A DNA stretch of 48,627 nt from Candidatus Tayloriibacteriota bacterium (GTDB lineage: Bacteria > Patescibacteriota > Minisyncoccia > Phycocordibacterales > SIBU01): NCBI GenBank assembly GCA_009695005.1, contig SIBU01000005.1, forward strand, positions 1-48,627. Direction: 5' to 3'. The notes beneath the pieces were generated by a model. The model did not search any database. It saw only the letters and a program-made list of their open reading frames with translations, and was not told the DNA's origin. Made by a program: the position numbers and the translations under genes. Positions 47,776 to 48,627 of this stretch are shown one piece after another. How positions within the stretch are numbered: the first letter of the stretch is position 1; every line of letters begins with the position of its first letter.

Positions 47776-47879
47776 ATAATAAATATTACTTATAATTTGG
47801 GCACATTAATAAACATTAGTAGAAGTTTAACATTTATTTTTTCTAAAATATACTGGGGGGATAGAAATGGGGATAAAAC

Positions 47880-47916
47880 AAACTCGCCTCAGCAACGAAG
47901 TTGCTGAGGCGAGTTT
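47880..47916 (-). terminator. Terminator between the surface-protein genes
   Basis: AAACTCGCCTCAGCAAC-GAA-GTTGCTGAGGCGAGTTT. Confidence 0.85.
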
Positions 47917-47937
47917 TAACTTTAATTCTTTAATCCC

Positions 47938-48627
47938 TTATCTCCCAATCGAAGCCTTGATACTCTCGAGGGTAGCTTTCAAACTTTCCAAAGCACTCGC
48001 CATTTGATTAACGGCTCCCGCACTACTTGTCGGGTGAAGAGCTCTGTACTCAGCCGTACTCATGAAAACCGTGCGAATGTAATCTACACTGCTTCCTGTA
48101 CTGTCCCAATACTGGAGTCCTCCTTGATCTGGGTCTCTATTGAGCAAGGTTTTATACAAATCTGCAATGGCCTTCTGTCTATCTGTGGTAACGAAAGAAG
48201 GATATGAAGAAGTGGTAACTACAGGCGCCACAACTGGAGTAGGAGCTATACACTGAGAACCGGATAATAAGTACCCACTGTTGCAAGTAATACTGGAAGT
48301 TTCTGTACCCGCTGTAAATGTGCCGTTATTACAAATGAAAGTATTTGAAGCCAAACGATTACCGTTAGATATTGAATTTGTAACACTCACAGTGGCACTC
48401 TCCCCACTGTTTTTTGATGGAACTGAATAACTGTTCAAAGTTGTCGCGGCACATGCAATAGAGACAGATGTTTGAACTGGCGCCACAACTGGAGCTGGAG
48501 CAGCGACTGGAGCAACTACAGGAGTGGTAGAAACTGGATTGGCATTTCGATATTCAGCGGTGCTCATGAAGATATTACGGATGTAATCTACACTGCTTCC
48601 TGTACTGTCCCAATACTGGAGTCCTCC
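47938..48627 (-). CDS. Surface protein with repeated DUF4214-like modules (5' end outside the window)
   Basis: Frame is open to the window edge. 'LY..LLNRDPDQGGLQYW...EY' module; its second half recurs at the edge. Confidence 0.85.
   Translation of the reverse strand, partial: GGLQYWDSTGSSVDYIRNIFMSTAEYRNANPVSTTPVVAPVAAPAPVVAPVQTSVSIACAATTLNSYSVPSKNSGESATVSVTNSISNGNRLASNTFICNNGTFTAGTETSSITCNSGYLLSGSQCIAPTPVVAPVVTTSSYPSFVTTDRQKAIADLYKTLLNRDPDQGGLQYWDSTGSSVDYIRTVFMSTAEYRALHPTSSAGAVNQMASALESLKATLESIKASIGR
48077..48627. repeat. 47-bp identical direct repeat (48077-48123 and 48581-48627)
   Basis: ATGTAATCTACACTGCTTCCTGTACTGTCCCAATACTGGAGTCCTCC occurs twice; the second copy is cut by the window edge. 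Confidence 0.92.

Noticed and set aside
714-48207. Numerous 60-180 aa antisense or alternate-frame ORFs in the track
   Set aside because: They are shadows of well-supported genes, with no independent signals.
1-48627. CRISPR array, integrase, transposase, reverse transcriptase, tRNA or rRNA genes
   Set aside because: No regularly spaced repeats, and no such protein motifs or RNA genes were recognised by eye.

Overview
AT-rich bacterial chromosome segment that looks like Patescibacteria/CPR (Parcubacteria-like). The basis is inference: rpmD/L30 is absent between rpsE and rplO, the UMP kinase is archaeal-type, many genes look leaderless, and there is a lone VirD4/HerA-like ATPase plus giant surface proteins. 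TGA is used as stop, so code 11. Layout: tmRNA (2-388), followed by a ~200-bp palindromic element carrying inverted and direct copies of the tmRNA 3' end. Next is an apparently GC-richer block of three genes: PcfJ-like+LRR, a DHH-like protein and an adenylate kinase-nucleotidyltransferase-HD fusion. Then polysaccharide deacetylase, an unannotated 35-aa basic ORF, csp, fatty-acid desaturase, matrixin, ATP-grasp, infC-rpmI-rplT, a beta-CASP nuclease, ndk, a Phd/PemK TA pair and the ATPase. A 2.76-kb two-gene cassette is bracketed by a duplicated map 3' end. The tuf-S10-spc cluster (minus strand) is interrupted twice: by a RelE/RHH TA pair plus an APH-like kinase, and by an orphan gene resembling a DGR target with no RT or template in the window. 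The window ends with two modular surface proteins sharing a C-terminal helix motif. All family assignments come from motif recognition by eye; no searches were run.
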